This document shows positions 38,262 through 47,758 of a DNA stretch of 64,000 bases, in pieces (positions within the stretch are counted from its first letter, which is position 1; the number at the start of each line of letters is the position of its first letter). This stretch comes from Escherichia phage Mansfield, in the sequence record MK903282.1, one strand, 5' to 3'. The notes under the pieces were generated by a model. The model saw only the letters and a list, made by a program, of their open reading frames with translations. It was not told the DNA's origin and searched no databases. A program made the position numbers and the translations under genes.

Positions 38262-38804
38262 TCAACGCACTTCCTGTGTCTTAACATTACCTGAAGCATC
38301 TCTCAAGGGCAGTGGATAGTAGGCCATTTGGTAGTCTGATACGCCTTCAATGTGATAAAACACGATTACGTCTTTGCTGTTGATGAGCATGTTAACGACA
38401 TCTGATTTATCTTCTGGAGTGAGTATTAGTGCGCCGCCTGTCCTGCTGTCTACTGCAACAGGGTATGTCTTGTCGACAAGGCCGCTGTCCAATGTATTAT
38501 ACCTGACAACGATTTCAGGGGCATCAACTTTTGCCATTGACATTCCGAACACAAACGACACGACCTGCCGACCGCGATCATTCATTACGCACATCTTTTC
38601 TTTGTCAAATCTTTCTTTTATTACGTCGTATTTATTCCAGCAGAACTCAAAGGATTGACCATTGTTGAAATATCTTGTAAGAACTTTTGCACTTCCATTT
38701 GGCGGCGTAAACATATTTTCAGCCGCTGCAGCCTTGGTGAAGAATATAACTGTCAGCATAGCCATGATGATGATCAAAACAATCTTTAATTTGTTCGCTT
38801 TCAT
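38262..38804 (-). CDS. secreted/periplasmic protein (180 aa)
   Basis: Signal peptide MKANKLKIVLIIIMAMLTVIFFTKAAAA-E; AGGTGA SD. Confidence 0.5.
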   Translation of the reverse strand: MKANKLKIVLIIIMAMLTVIFFTKAAAAENMFTPPNGSAKVLTRYFNNGQSFEFCWNKYDVIKERFDKEKMCVMNDRGRQVVSFVFGMSMAKVDAPEIVVRYNTLDSGLVDKTYPVAVDSRTGGALILTPEDKSDVVNMLINSKDVIVFYHIEGVSDYQMAYYPLPLRDASGNVKTQEVR

Positions 38805-38871
38805 TATAATTCACCTTTTGATTATGAATATTAATAGTATAGGCTTAAGGTTTTGAAAGTAAATACGCCGA

Positions 38872-38906
38872 AAGTAAATAAAAGAAAAGCCGGAAATTTC
38901 CGGCTT
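38872..38906 (-). terminator. rho-independent terminator (minus strand)
   Basis: Perfect palindrome AAGCCGGAAATTTCCGGCTT followed on the minus strand by a T-rich tract; downstream of ligase. Confidence 0.6.
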
Positions 38907-38979
38907 TATGTATACACTGCATATTAAATTCTATAAAACGGCGCGATAGATTATACGCAACAATTATTTATCCAGTGTG

Positions 38980-39957
38980 TTAAAAATACTCCATATCGGT
39001 AATATCACGGAAGCACTTATACAAGGCAGAGCGCGGCACGTCAACGATGCCAAAGTTAAAGAATTTATATGTCAGATACTTGTTGCGATAATTCTCGCGA
39101 TTCTCCCAAAGCATTTTTCTCTCTGCCATAGGCATTGAACCAGCGGAGACGCGGAAAGGAATCATTTCCCCTTTCTCATCAACATATTTTGGATTGACAA
39201 CTACGAATGAGCCAAGGTATCCTTTTGCGACTAAGCCTTCAGCCTCTTTTGAACGCTTAGTGCGACCCAACTCATCAATGAATGCTTCGTTGTTGTTCTC
39301 CATCATCTCAACGAAGTCTATGATCAGTCCTTCTTCATCGGTCCACGGCTTATCCTTCCACACATCACGTGACTTTGGCGTCGCGCGGCCATGCTTGTAT
39401 TTGCCCGTCCAAGACTTGCCATACAAGCCTTCATAGCCAAGCTGGTCTGCTTCGATTTGCATTGCCGCGTACTGTTCCATATTTTCGATGTTTCGATATT
39501 CGAGAGCGCGAAGGAATGGGCGTCGACCATGGTTGATGAGGTGCTGATTGACTTCAGCAACTCTAGCGCGATAGTTTGCATAACGTTTTTCAAAAGGCAA
39601 ATCAGGGTCGCTGAAGTCATCAAACACCCACCATGTAAAGTTAGTGATTGCATCAGTGTTCATACATGCAGTATAGGCCTGTTGCATGACGTTCTTGTCG
39701 TTCGGATTGCCGTCAATTAGCTCTCCATCAAGTCCGTGAATCAATTCACCCAAGAACAGGAACTCTTTTTTGATTTGAATGTTGCGCAGCGCCATGCCGG
39801 AAGTGCCCATTGGCAAGTTGTCATACGCCATCGCGCGTATGCCATCGACCTTGAAGGATAATCCGCAAGGCAGCGGCACATCTTCACCGCGCTCGATAAT
39901 TTGCTTACGCTGGCAACCTTTCATTGGTTTTAATGCTTTGATTTCCCCTGCCATCAC
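38980..39957 (-). CDS. ATP-dependent DNA ligase
   Basis: Motif I KVDGIR with adenylation-domain-like context; 325 aa. Confidence 0.8.
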   Translation of the reverse strand: MMAGEIKALKPMKGCQRKQIIERGEDVPLPCGLSFKVDGIRAMAYDNLPMGTSGMALRNIQIKKEFLFLGELIHGLDGELIDGNPNDKNVMQQAYTACMNTDAITNFTWWVFDDFSDPDLPFEKRYANYRARVAEVNQHLINHGRRPFLRALEYRNIENMEQYAAMQIEADQLGYEGLYGKSWTGKYKHGRATPKSRDVWKDKPWTDEEGLIIDFVEMMENNNEAFIDELGRTKRSKEAEGLVAKGYLGSFVVVNPKYVDEKGEMIPFRVSAGSMPMAERKMLWENRENYRNKYLTYKFFNFGIVDVPRSALYKCFRDITDMEYF

Positions 39958-40547
39958 TCGCGACCCTCATTCATTACTTGTTCCATTGCGTAGGCATAAG
40001 CCTGATCAGTCGATTTGATAAAAGTTCCGTTATACATCACGCCTTTACGGTCCTTGATGTCTTCATAGGCGGCTTGAGCGCAATCAGACAGTCGAAGTCC
40101 ATAATCATGCGCTACGCCGGAAAGATAATCGACTGCGGCCATGATGGTGACATCAATATCCATACTCTGATTTTTAGCAATGGCGTCACCAAGCCGTCCG
40201 AGAGTCTTTGCTAAGCGAAGGATAAACGAGTGAGGGTGGGCACCTTTGTCAGCGCAACCGCCGCCGTTGACATCTTCGATTTTTGCACCATTTTGCGCAG
40301 CAAGAATAGTTAACACAACAAGGCAATCGCCGATGTCATCCTTGATTGCGGCTTGTAAATCACAGATGGCCTGCTCTGTATATCCGATTTCAGGGTCAAA
40401 GAACACAAGGTCATGGAGTTGATCAACGTGGTCGGTCAACTCCCCAAACTCGCTAATAAGCTTCGGGTATTGGTCTTTAAGACCGCAACCTTTGATGATG
40501 TTACGGTCAGAAGCCCACTGGCGAATGTTTGCATAAATCTGGTTCAT
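39954..40547 (-). CDS. mazG: MazG-like nucleotide pyrophosphohydrolase
   Basis: All-alpha NTP-PPase pattern (KLISEFGELTDHV...). Confidence 0.6.
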   Translation of the reverse strand: MNQIYANIRQWASDRNIIKGCGLKDQYPKLISEFGELTDHVDQLHDLVFFDPEIGYTEQAICDLQAAIKDDIGDCLVVLTILAAQNGAKIEDVNGGGCADKGAHPHSFILRLAKTLGRLGDAIAKNQSMDIDVTIMAAVDYLSGVAHDYGLRLSDCAQAAYEDIKDRKGVMYNGTFIKSTDQAYAYAMEQVMNEGRE

Positions 40548-41062
40548 TTATTTTCCTTTGATGCGTTGAATTGATCGATTTTAATTTTAGCCTGATTATA
40601 AGTATCAATCAAGCTATTAACCTTCTCTTTTAATCTGTTTGTTTCTGCGGCGAACTGAACAAGAAATCGGACATCCTCTTCTGATAGTCCACAGTTTCCT
40701 TCTGGGATAGAGAGGCGTCCAGTGGTCGCAGAGTCGGGCACACTCCTGAGTAATTCACGGGAGCAGCTGAGTTGCTCGCGCAACTTGATATTCCCAGACT
40801 TGTAACGAGCAATAGTGTCATCAGCAACCAGTTGCGCTTCCTGGCGACCCTTCTCATATGCCGATGCCGATTCAACCTGTAAAGATGCAATTTGCTCTTC
40901 GAGTGCATTTATCTTGTCCTTACGCTCATTAAGCGATGTCAGATATTGATTATCCTTGGCCAGTGATGCGTTGGTTTGCTGAAGGTCTTCAACGTATGAT
41001 CCAGCGGCGAACGCGCCAACAAGGGCCAGAATCTTCAGAAGCGGTACAATTCTTTCTATCAT
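40544..41062 (-). CDS. Rz: i-spanin (Rz-like)
   Basis: N-terminal TM helix, coiled-coil body, contains embedded lipoprotein ORF. Confidence 0.6.
   Translation of the reverse strand: MIERIVPLLKILALVGAFAAGSYVEDLQQTNASLAKDNQYLTSLNERKDKINALEEQIASLQVESASAYEKGRQEAQLVADDTIARYKSGNIKLREQLSCSRELLRSVPDSATTGRLSIPEGNCGLSEEDVRFLVQFAAETNRLKEKVNSLIDTYNQAKIKIDQFNASKENK
40630..40821 (-). CDS. Rz1: o-spanin (Rz1-like), embedded in Rz in a different frame
   Basis: ORF 40630..40908 trimmed to internal Met; lipobox LGISSC then Pro-rich mature peptide. Confidence 0.5.
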   Translation of the reverse strand: MTLLLVTSLGISSCASNSAAPVNYSGVCPTLRPLDASLSQKETVDYQKRMSDFLFSSPQKQTD

Positions 41063-41067
41063 GATGC

Positions 41068-41102
41068 ACCAGATAAATAAAAGGCCGCCAATCGGCAGCC
41101 TT
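41068..41102 (-). terminator. rho-independent terminator (minus strand)
   Basis: AAGGCTGCC / GGCGGCCTT stem with one mismatch, followed on minus strand by TTTATTTAT. Confidence 0.5.
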
Positions 41103-41119
41103 GTTGATTTGATTGTCGA

Positions 41120-41980
41120 TTAAAACTCTTCTGCGTCGGTCGGAGTTTCGTTGACAGGACCAGCAGCACCGCTTGCTTCTTCCTGCTTGCTGCGATCAAT
41201 GTTAACGTTGCCGCCAACTACGTCGTTGTGGAATGCTTTGGCGACTTCATACAGACCTTTGTCCTGCACCAGACCTTCCAGCTCAAACTTCAGGACGGAC
41301 CAGGTGTTGCCGTCTTTGGACTGAGACGCAGTACCCATGCGAACGATGTTCATAAAGGTCGGCGGAGTTTTCAGACCCTGCGGAGTCTGAACTTTCTTCT
41401 GTTGCAGCGCGGTCATCAGCATGCGAGACGGCTTGATCATGGAAGAAGTCAAAGACAGCATTGCACTACCAAATTCACCAGTTTCTTCGTTCAACAGAAT
41501 CACGAAGTGGTTGCGTGTATCAGCGTAGTAAGGTGATTTCTTCTCGTGCACTTTGCCGTTTTCATCCGGCACAAACACCTTACCGTTGATCTCAACAGCG
41601 CGGCCTGTCGCGACTTCTGCATCAACGTGCTCTTTGGTGAATTCACCTTTAAAGCCTTTATCGTCGGACTCGCGACCGCCCCAAAGGATGAAGGTGCGTT
41701 TGAATGCGCAAGGGATGATCTGCACGCCTTTCTTGCCGTCATACAACTCACCAGTAACGGTGTTGTACAGCATACCAGCTTTTGCGCCAGGCACGTGTTT
41801 TGGATCATCTTCGTCGACCATCGGAGACATCTTTTGCAGTACGACGATAAAAGGAATGGCATAAGCGTCGGCATCGGCACCTTCAAAACCAGCGCCAAAA
41901 TCGGTCATATCGACAAAATCAGCCATAGCGGACATCTGGGTGTTTTTCACTGCAACTTCGGTAGTTTCTTTCTTAGACAT
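41120..41980 (-). CDS. putative ssDNA-binding protein with acidic C-terminal tail
   Basis: C-terminus ...ETPTDAEEF (acidic, terminal Phe); position in replication module; fold not verified. Confidence 0.4.
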   Translation of the reverse strand: MSKKETTEVAVKNTQMSAMADFVDMTDFGAGFEGADADAYAIPFIVVLQKMSPMVDEDDPKHVPGAKAGMLYNTVTGELYDGKKGVQIIPCAFKRTFILWGGRESDDKGFKGEFTKEHVDAEVATGRAVEINGKVFVPDENGKVHEKKSPYYADTRNHFVILLNEETGEFGSAMLSLTSSMIKPSRMLMTALQQKKVQTPQGLKTPPTFMNIVRMGTASQSKDGNTWSVLKFELEGLVQDKGLYEVAKAFHNDVVGGNVNIDRSKQEEASGAAGPVNETPTDAEEF

Positions 41981-42039
41981 TTGATGTTTTCCTATAGTAT
42001 CAAGTTTCGTGGCAACCTGATTTCAAGATAAAGGTTAAA

Positions 42040-42597
42040 TTACTTTTTGCTTTTAGGCAAGGTTATTTTAGCTTCTTTATACTCAAAGACGCTAATATCT
42101 TCACTGACTGGATTACCCGCTTCCAGCTGTTCTTTTACGAATGACTTCAGTGTAGCAGAATGAACGCCTTGTTTCAATGTGGCTTCAACACCGTCTTCAC
42201 GCAGTGCGGCAACAATCTCTTGCGCTTGTTCGATTTCTTCGCGACCGAACTCAGCCGTGACGCTGGACTTGATCAAGCCGCCGTAACCGTTGTTGACAAG
42301 CCAATCGAATACCTTCAATTCATTTTCTTTCTTAATTGAAGCATTAACTTTTGACTCGACCTTGATCTTGGTCTTGTCTTCAAGCTTGATTTCGGACACG
42401 CCAAGCTCATCCATAACGCCAGGAAGCAGAACAGTTTTGATTTCACTGATGCGCTGCTTTTGCATATCAGCTTCATCTTCAAGCTCTGTCAAAGCTTCTT
42501 GGCGTTCTGCCAATTCCGATACTAAGCGCGCAAGGCGCTCTTGGATGCTCTCAGGAGCGACCTGCGGCAAATCATCTTCCCAATTAATATTGCTCAT
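42040..42597 (-). CDS. hypothetical coiled-coil protein (185 aa)
   Basis: N-terminal coiled coil then beta-rich region; function not assigned. Confidence 0.5.
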   Translation of the reverse strand: MSNINWEDDLPQVAPESIQERLARLVSELAERQEALTELEDEADMQKQRISEIKTVLLPGVMDELGVSEIKLEDKTKIKVESKVNASIKKENELKVFDWLVNNGYGGLIKSSVTAEFGREEIEQAQEIVAALREDGVEATLKQGVHSATLKSFVKEQLEAGNPVSEDISVFEYKEAKITLPKSKK

Positions 42598-42857
42598 ATT
42601 TTACCTTCTTGCATTAGCCCTTCAACACGGGTCATTTGATAACGTTCAGGTTTCCAAGCCGCCAAAGCCTTCTCAGCGCCTTTTAAAGTTTTATATGCCT
42701 TGATGCCAGGCATAATGACGGTATTCACCCCAGCACCGTTGCCATAATCAAACTCTTTTACAACGCGGAACATGCCGTCAATTTCTTTGACCAAAAGACG
42801 TTTGAACGCGATTGCGCCAGTAGATTCATTTTTGTAACGTTCAAGGATGCGTACCAT
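42594..42857 (-). CDS. hypothetical protein (87 aa)
   Basis: ORF overlapping neighbour by 4 nt. Confidence 0.45.
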   Translation of the reverse strand: MVRILERYKNESTGAIAFKRLLVKEIDGMFRVVKEFDYGNGAGVNTVIMPGIKAYKTLKGAEKALAAWKPERYQMTRVEGLMQEGKI

Positions 42858-42931
42858 TTTGTATTCCTCTATTTCGTTTCGATGAAGTAATTATGACTCA
42901 TCTTCCGTGACAAGTCAAATTATTTTTGATA

Positions 42932-44455
42932 TTAATTCATCTTTTTGCCGTCGAGGATGTGATCAGCAAGCATAGACTTCATACTTAGTGAACGCTGAAT
43001 TTCTTCGTCGATGGTATCAACACCAATAAAATCAACATACAACACGCTTGATTTTGTACCGATGCGGTGATTTCGGTCTTCGGATTGCTTGCGCAACTCG
43101 TTGTCGTAGTTGCAAGAATAATAAATTGCCAAATCGGCGGCGGTAAGCGTGATGCCGATGCCTGCCGCTGCAGCGTGGCAAACCAAGACTTGCGTTCCAC
43201 CGTTCTCGACTGTGTTTTTCTGGAAGTCATCAATCAAGAACTCGCGTTGCTCTTTTGACGTTTCACCGTTGTATACACCAGTGACCACACCTTCGGACTC
43301 AAGCCAATCCTTAATCTGGTTCATCTCTTCCTTAAAGATGGCCCAAACAATGAATTTACGTTCTGGGTCGTCTTCCAACACCCCTTCCACATAATCCTTA
43401 AAGGCCGTGAATCGTGGGTTGTCTTCCATGTAGACCATCTCATCATACACCTTAACAAAGCCGGATGTCACCTGCTTCATCTTAGTGCGCGACGCGATCA
43501 TCTCAAACTTGACGTTTTCTTCTTCGCCCTTGTATTCCATCAAATAGTTGTACTCATTCTTGAGTTCATCGTAAACATCGCGTTGTTTAGGCGAAAGCTC
43601 AAAGTCGATAAACTTGTACACCTTCTCTGGAAGGTCCGGCAAGTATTCCGCTTTTGTCGCACGAAAATAGTGCGGTTCCATCAGCCGGATAAGCTTGTCA
43701 AGGTTTTTGTACATCGGTCGGCCAAACTGGTCTTTGCGCGGCACTTGCGGAATCCCATGGCCATTGCCGCCGATTTTCTTGAGGATGGCTTGCATCTCTG
43801 GGTCGTGCGCTTCAAGTAGCACAGTGAATTCAGAGTTGAATGCACGGAATGATTTGGTGCCGAGCAATCCTGCTTCAAGAAAGTGATATTGCATGTAAAT
43901 ATCCGCAGGCGAGCGCGGCAACGGCGTGCCAGAAAGGATTCGACGGGCCTTTGCCAGCCGTCCCAATTCCACAACCTTGATGGAGCGTTTGGCTGTGTTA
44001 TTCTTGATGCGCGTTGATTCGTCGATAATCATCAGGCAGCGGTATTTCTTCAAGACCGACTCAATGTGTTGATAACCGACTGGTGTGTTGACGGTATCAA
44101 TGTTGAATGAGAAAATGCGTGCAGGCACTTCACCTTCAGGGTAGTGATCAGCAAACATCTTCTCCCAAAGCGCCTTGCCCTTTTTAGTCTTCATCTTGTC
44201 ATTGCCGCGCCAGTAGTGCCCAATCCATTTGATGGAAAGGTGTTCTGGTGCTTCACGACGAATCCAGTTTGAGTGGACACCGTTTGGAGCGATGACGACC
44301 ATGGCATCGAACGCGCCAGCGGCGAAGTGCTTTTCAAACTCTGCCAAAGCGGTCCAGGTTTTGCCAAGACCCTGTTCCATGAAATAGGCAAAGTATTTTC
44401 TGCGGCCTGCTTTATCAAGCGCCAGAAGCTGGTGGCGCATCCCTTGTGTTTTCAT
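42932..44455 (-). CDS. SNF2-family helicase/ATPase
   Basis: Walker A GLGKT, DExx box IIDEST, SNF2 C-terminal helicase block. Confidence 0.85.
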   Translation of the reverse strand: MKTQGMRHQLLALDKAGRRKYFAYFMEQGLGKTWTALAEFEKHFAAGAFDAMVVIAPNGVHSNWIRREAPEHLSIKWIGHYWRGNDKMKTKKGKALWEKMFADHYPEGEVPARIFSFNIDTVNTPVGYQHIESVLKKYRCLMIIDESTRIKNNTAKRSIKVVELGRLAKARRILSGTPLPRSPADIYMQYHFLEAGLLGTKSFRAFNSEFTVLLEAHDPEMQAILKKIGGNGHGIPQVPRKDQFGRPMYKNLDKLIRLMEPHYFRATKAEYLPDLPEKVYKFIDFELSPKQRDVYDELKNEYNYLMEYKGEEENVKFEMIASRTKMKQVTSGFVKVYDEMVYMEDNPRFTAFKDYVEGVLEDDPERKFIVWAIFKEEMNQIKDWLESEGVVTGVYNGETSKEQREFLIDDFQKNTVENGGTQVLVCHAAAAGIGITLTAADLAIYYSCNYDNELRKQSEDRNHRIGTKSSVLYVDFIGVDTIDEEIQRSLSMKSMLADHILDGKKMN

Positions 44456-44874
44456 GACAATTCCTCTAAATACTTGATGATGTGATGAATAGTTCCCTTC
44501 ACGATTATCTCACGTTGAACGTCTGCAATATTATAACGCTTTAATTCAATCGAAGGGTGGACTAAATAAAACATCTTCTCAGAATCGACTTTAAGCAAAA
44601 CAAATGATGGGTATTTCCAATCATTCCACGAAGAAAGAAAGCTGCACTGACCTTTCTCAAATGCATTTCTGAAAGGTGCAGTGGTGGCCCTTGCAGGCCA
44701 CGATTCAAAGAACTTCATTTCAAGCCAAAAGCCGCGCCCTTTCCGGTTGGTGCCGATTACATCCGGCACGCCATCACCAGTCATCGATTCGATTCGTTGA
44801 AGCTTCAATATTGATTCTGAATGCTTCTTCAAAGGTACGAATATGTATTTCTGTTCACGGTTATTTGTTGCCAT
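44452..44874 (-). CDS. VRR-NUC-like (PD-(D/E)xK) nuclease
   Basis: Start trimmed to 44874 (AGGTG SD); motif GVPDVIG ... FWLEMK; adjacent to SNF2 helicase. Confidence 0.55.
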   Translation of the reverse strand: MATNNREQKYIFVPLKKHSESILKLQRIESMTGDGVPDVIGTNRKGRGFWLEMKFFESWPARATTAPFRNAFEKGQCSFLSSWNDWKYPSFVLLKVDSEKMFYLVHPSIELKRYNIADVQREIIVKGTIHHIIKYLEELS

Positions 44875-47758
44875 CTGGATACACCTGTTTGATAACGTCG
44901 ACGATGAACATATCAATGCCTTCAAGCTTGCGCCCTTTCATCAGGAAGAATGCACCGTTCCCAACGTTCTCTGCAATGTATTTCCCGTACTTCTGGAACT
45001 TCTCTGGGCGAATCCTGAAACGCATTGGCGAATCGGTCGAATCGTCTTTGCACATAAGGTCAATGAACTGAGTTTCAAGCTTGTTTCCATACTGGTCAAA
45101 CTCTGCGTAGCGGCCATCGGACTGAAGACCTTTTTTAAGCTTGCCGTGCTTTGTATAAATGCCGCGCTCAAGACGTTTACGTATGCGTGTCGCTTCGTTC
45201 TCGTCAGCCAGCACTTTCTTGGTCAACTTGCCGATTACTATTGCACGCTCGTCATCGCCGACTTCCTTCATCTGGCGTATTGAAGCACCGGAAGTAACGC
45301 CAATCAGATAGGGGTCATTATACGCCCAGCCGAACTTTGTGTGCATTTCTGTAAGGTCGCCGTATTTGACTTCAGCATTGGCCAATGCGTCCTTTTGTTT
45401 TTGCGTTAAGGTTCCGGCTTCACGTGCTTCGATGTACTTCATCGCCTTCACCATTCCGTACCCTTTAGCGTTCATGATTCCGCCGATTAGCTTTCCGTTA
45501 GCGATGGTCCAGTTCATTGAAGAGTGGTCAGGGTCGATTGGCACATAATCCACGCCTTCCTTTGCAAGTTCACGTAATATCGCAATCGTCTGGTCTTCGT
45601 CCTTGGCAGCGCGTAAGCAAGCAGCGGCAAATTCCAACGGGTAGTGTCGTTTAAGCCACAAGGTCCAGTAGGTCACGACCGCGTATGATACGGAGTGTGA
45701 CTTGTTAAAGCCCCATGACCCGAACGTCGCCATCGCCTGCCAAAGCTTTCTTGCATCCGCTTCCGGTACGCCGTTATTTATTGCGCCTGCAACGAAGTCT
45801 TCGCCAAGCTTGTTAAAGTATTCCTCACCCTTACGACCTGACATCGCCTTACGCACAGCTGACGTTTTCGCCCAGTCGAATGAACCAATCTCTTTAACCA
45901 CGGCCATGATTTGCTCTTGGTAAAGAAACACGCCGTAAGTCTCTTTTAAGTATGGCTCAAGCTGCGGCACATCATACTCAATCGGCGCACGCCCTGCCGC
46001 GCGTTCGATGTATTTCTGGGCCATACCGGATGACAACGGGCCAGGTCGGCCAAGTGCTGTCAGGTTATCGATTTTGTTAAAGTTATCAACGTGCACAAAG
46101 TTGGTTACTGAGCGTACAGCATCGCCTTCAAACTGAAATATGCCTGACATCTTGTTTTCGTTAAGGATGTCAAGGACGCTTTGATCATTGAGCTTGATTC
46201 CGTACAGCGTTTCAGCATCTATCACGCCAGTATCAGAAATGATGCCGAGGGTGCGAAGGCCCAACGCATCAAGCTTCAAAAGGTTAAGATATTCGCTGTC
46301 AGGCTTATCAATTTGTGCAATCCCTTCCGCCGTTACCGTACAGTAATCAGAGATTGGGTCGTTACACACAATGATTCCTGCTGCGTGAACGCCAGTGTGG
46401 GAAGGGTGAATCTCAAGGTCACCCATGCATCGCGCGGCATCAGGATATTTAGCCACAAACTCTTGGCCCGTGGTCGTTGTTGCAAAGGTATCCTCCAGGC
46501 CGTGACCATAACGGGCGTCACCGGATGAGTATTCAAGCAATGCGTTTTTAATGTTGGCCGTTTCGTGATAGCCAATGTTAAACTTCTTACCAACCTGAGC
46601 CATTACTGAGTTGGCCTTAAGCGTGTTGATGTTGCCAAGCTTTGCAACGTTCATTTCGCCGTATTTTTCTTTAAGGTAATCAAACACCATATAGCGTTTG
46701 GTATCCTCAAAGTCAATATCAATATCAGGAAGGTCGGCGCGGCTTACGTCGATGAATCGGGCAAAAAGCAGCTTATACGGGATTGGATCAACTTCCGTGA
46801 TGCCGAGGCAATAACAAACCAATGAACCAGCCGATGAGCCGCGAGCGGGTCCAACGAGCATTTTTGTTTTTGCGAATCGTACAAGGTCCGCTACCACCAG
46901 AAAGTATGAGTCAAAATCTTTCAGCTGAATCTGGTGAATCTCTTCGTTGAATCGGTCCTCATATTCCTGAGTCCATTCTTTGATGTGACCTGCCTTAAGT
47001 CGGTACTCCATCCCCTCACGAGCAAGCTTTACCATGTCACCAGCAAGGTGGATAATCGGTGCCTTGCGCAGCTTCAGGTCAAGCCCCACAATTCCGTTTG
47101 CGATGTCAACTGCATTGGCCGTTGCTTGATTCAGCTCATCTTCTGTCAGGATTCCTTTAAGCTGTTTGCGCAAGTCTTCCGCGTCAACGATGCAGTGCGG
47201 CTTGACCGTGTCGCGAACTTCCCAAGCATAAGCAAAGTCAACGTGCTCAGGTGAAGGCATGTGGTTGTATCCGGTTAAAACCAGCGGCCTTCCGTTGCTG
47301 CGGTGAGCCAATGCCTGGCGCTTAGCCAAAAGGAACGATGATGGGTTGACGTCTATATAATCGTAGTCCTCTGGTCGCAGCAACTCCACGGCACCGCCAC
47401 AGAATTTAACGACGCCATCCAACGCCCCGAACTCTGCACGGGTCAGTCCGCCGCGCTGTGTTGCAAGTGTCGTAGCGTTGTAAAAGGATTTCAGGTCAAG
47501 CGCCAATATCCAAGCCTTCGGTTTGAATCCCTTTTTCGGGTCCGCATCAGGGTCGATGATTGGAATCTCCATGCCGAACATAGGCTTGATATCATTCTTC
47601 TGACATTCCTTTTCCCAGCGAACGTGACCCCATGTATTGTTATCAACTAATGCCGCGACTTCGCAGCCCAACTCTTTGAGCCGTGCTATAATTTCAGGAT
47701 GCCGTCCATATACTTCTTTGAACGTGTAACCGCTGCGAACTCTCAATTGTGGAAACAT
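44861..47758 (-). CDS. dnaE: DNA polymerase III alpha subunit-like replicase
   Basis: PHP-like N-terminus; signature GPARGSSAGSLVCYCLGITEVDP; 965 aa. Confidence 0.9.
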   Translation of the reverse strand: MFPQLRVRSGYTFKEVYGRHPEIIARLKELGCEVAALVDNNTWGHVRWEKECQKNDIKPMFGMEIPIIDPDADPKKGFKPKAWILALDLKSFYNATTLATQRGGLTRAEFGALDGVVKFCGGAVELLRPEDYDYIDVNPSSFLLAKRQALAHRSNGRPLVLTGYNHMPSPEHVDFAYAWEVRDTVKPHCIVDAEDLRKQLKGILTEDELNQATANAVDIANGIVGLDLKLRKAPIIHLAGDMVKLAREGMEYRLKAGHIKEWTQEYEDRFNEEIHQIQLKDFDSYFLVVADLVRFAKTKMLVGPARGSSAGSLVCYCLGITEVDPIPYKLLFARFIDVSRADLPDIDIDFEDTKRYMVFDYLKEKYGEMNVAKLGNINTLKANSVMAQVGKKFNIGYHETANIKNALLEYSSGDARYGHGLEDTFATTTTGQEFVAKYPDAARCMGDLEIHPSHTGVHAAGIIVCNDPISDYCTVTAEGIAQIDKPDSEYLNLLKLDALGLRTLGIISDTGVIDAETLYGIKLNDQSVLDILNENKMSGIFQFEGDAVRSVTNFVHVDNFNKIDNLTALGRPGPLSSGMAQKYIERAAGRAPIEYDVPQLEPYLKETYGVFLYQEQIMAVVKEIGSFDWAKTSAVRKAMSGRKGEEYFNKLGEDFVAGAINNGVPEADARKLWQAMATFGSWGFNKSHSVSYAVVTYWTLWLKRHYPLEFAAACLRAAKDEDQTIAILRELAKEGVDYVPIDPDHSSMNWTIANGKLIGGIMNAKGYGMVKAMKYIEAREAGTLTQKQKDALANAEVKYGDLTEMHTKFGWAYNDPYLIGVTSGASIRQMKEVGDDERAIVIGKLTKKVLADENEATRIRKRLERGIYTKHGKLKKGLQSDGRYAEFDQYGNKLETQFIDLMCKDDSTDSPMRFRIRPEKFQKYGKYIAENVGNGAFFLMKGRKLEGIDMFIVDVIKQVYPDGNK

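Noticed and set aside
42040-42597. Assignment of the 185-aa coiled-coil protein as Gam-like or Gp157-like
   Set aside because: Resemblance is architectural only; no motif-level support without a profile search.
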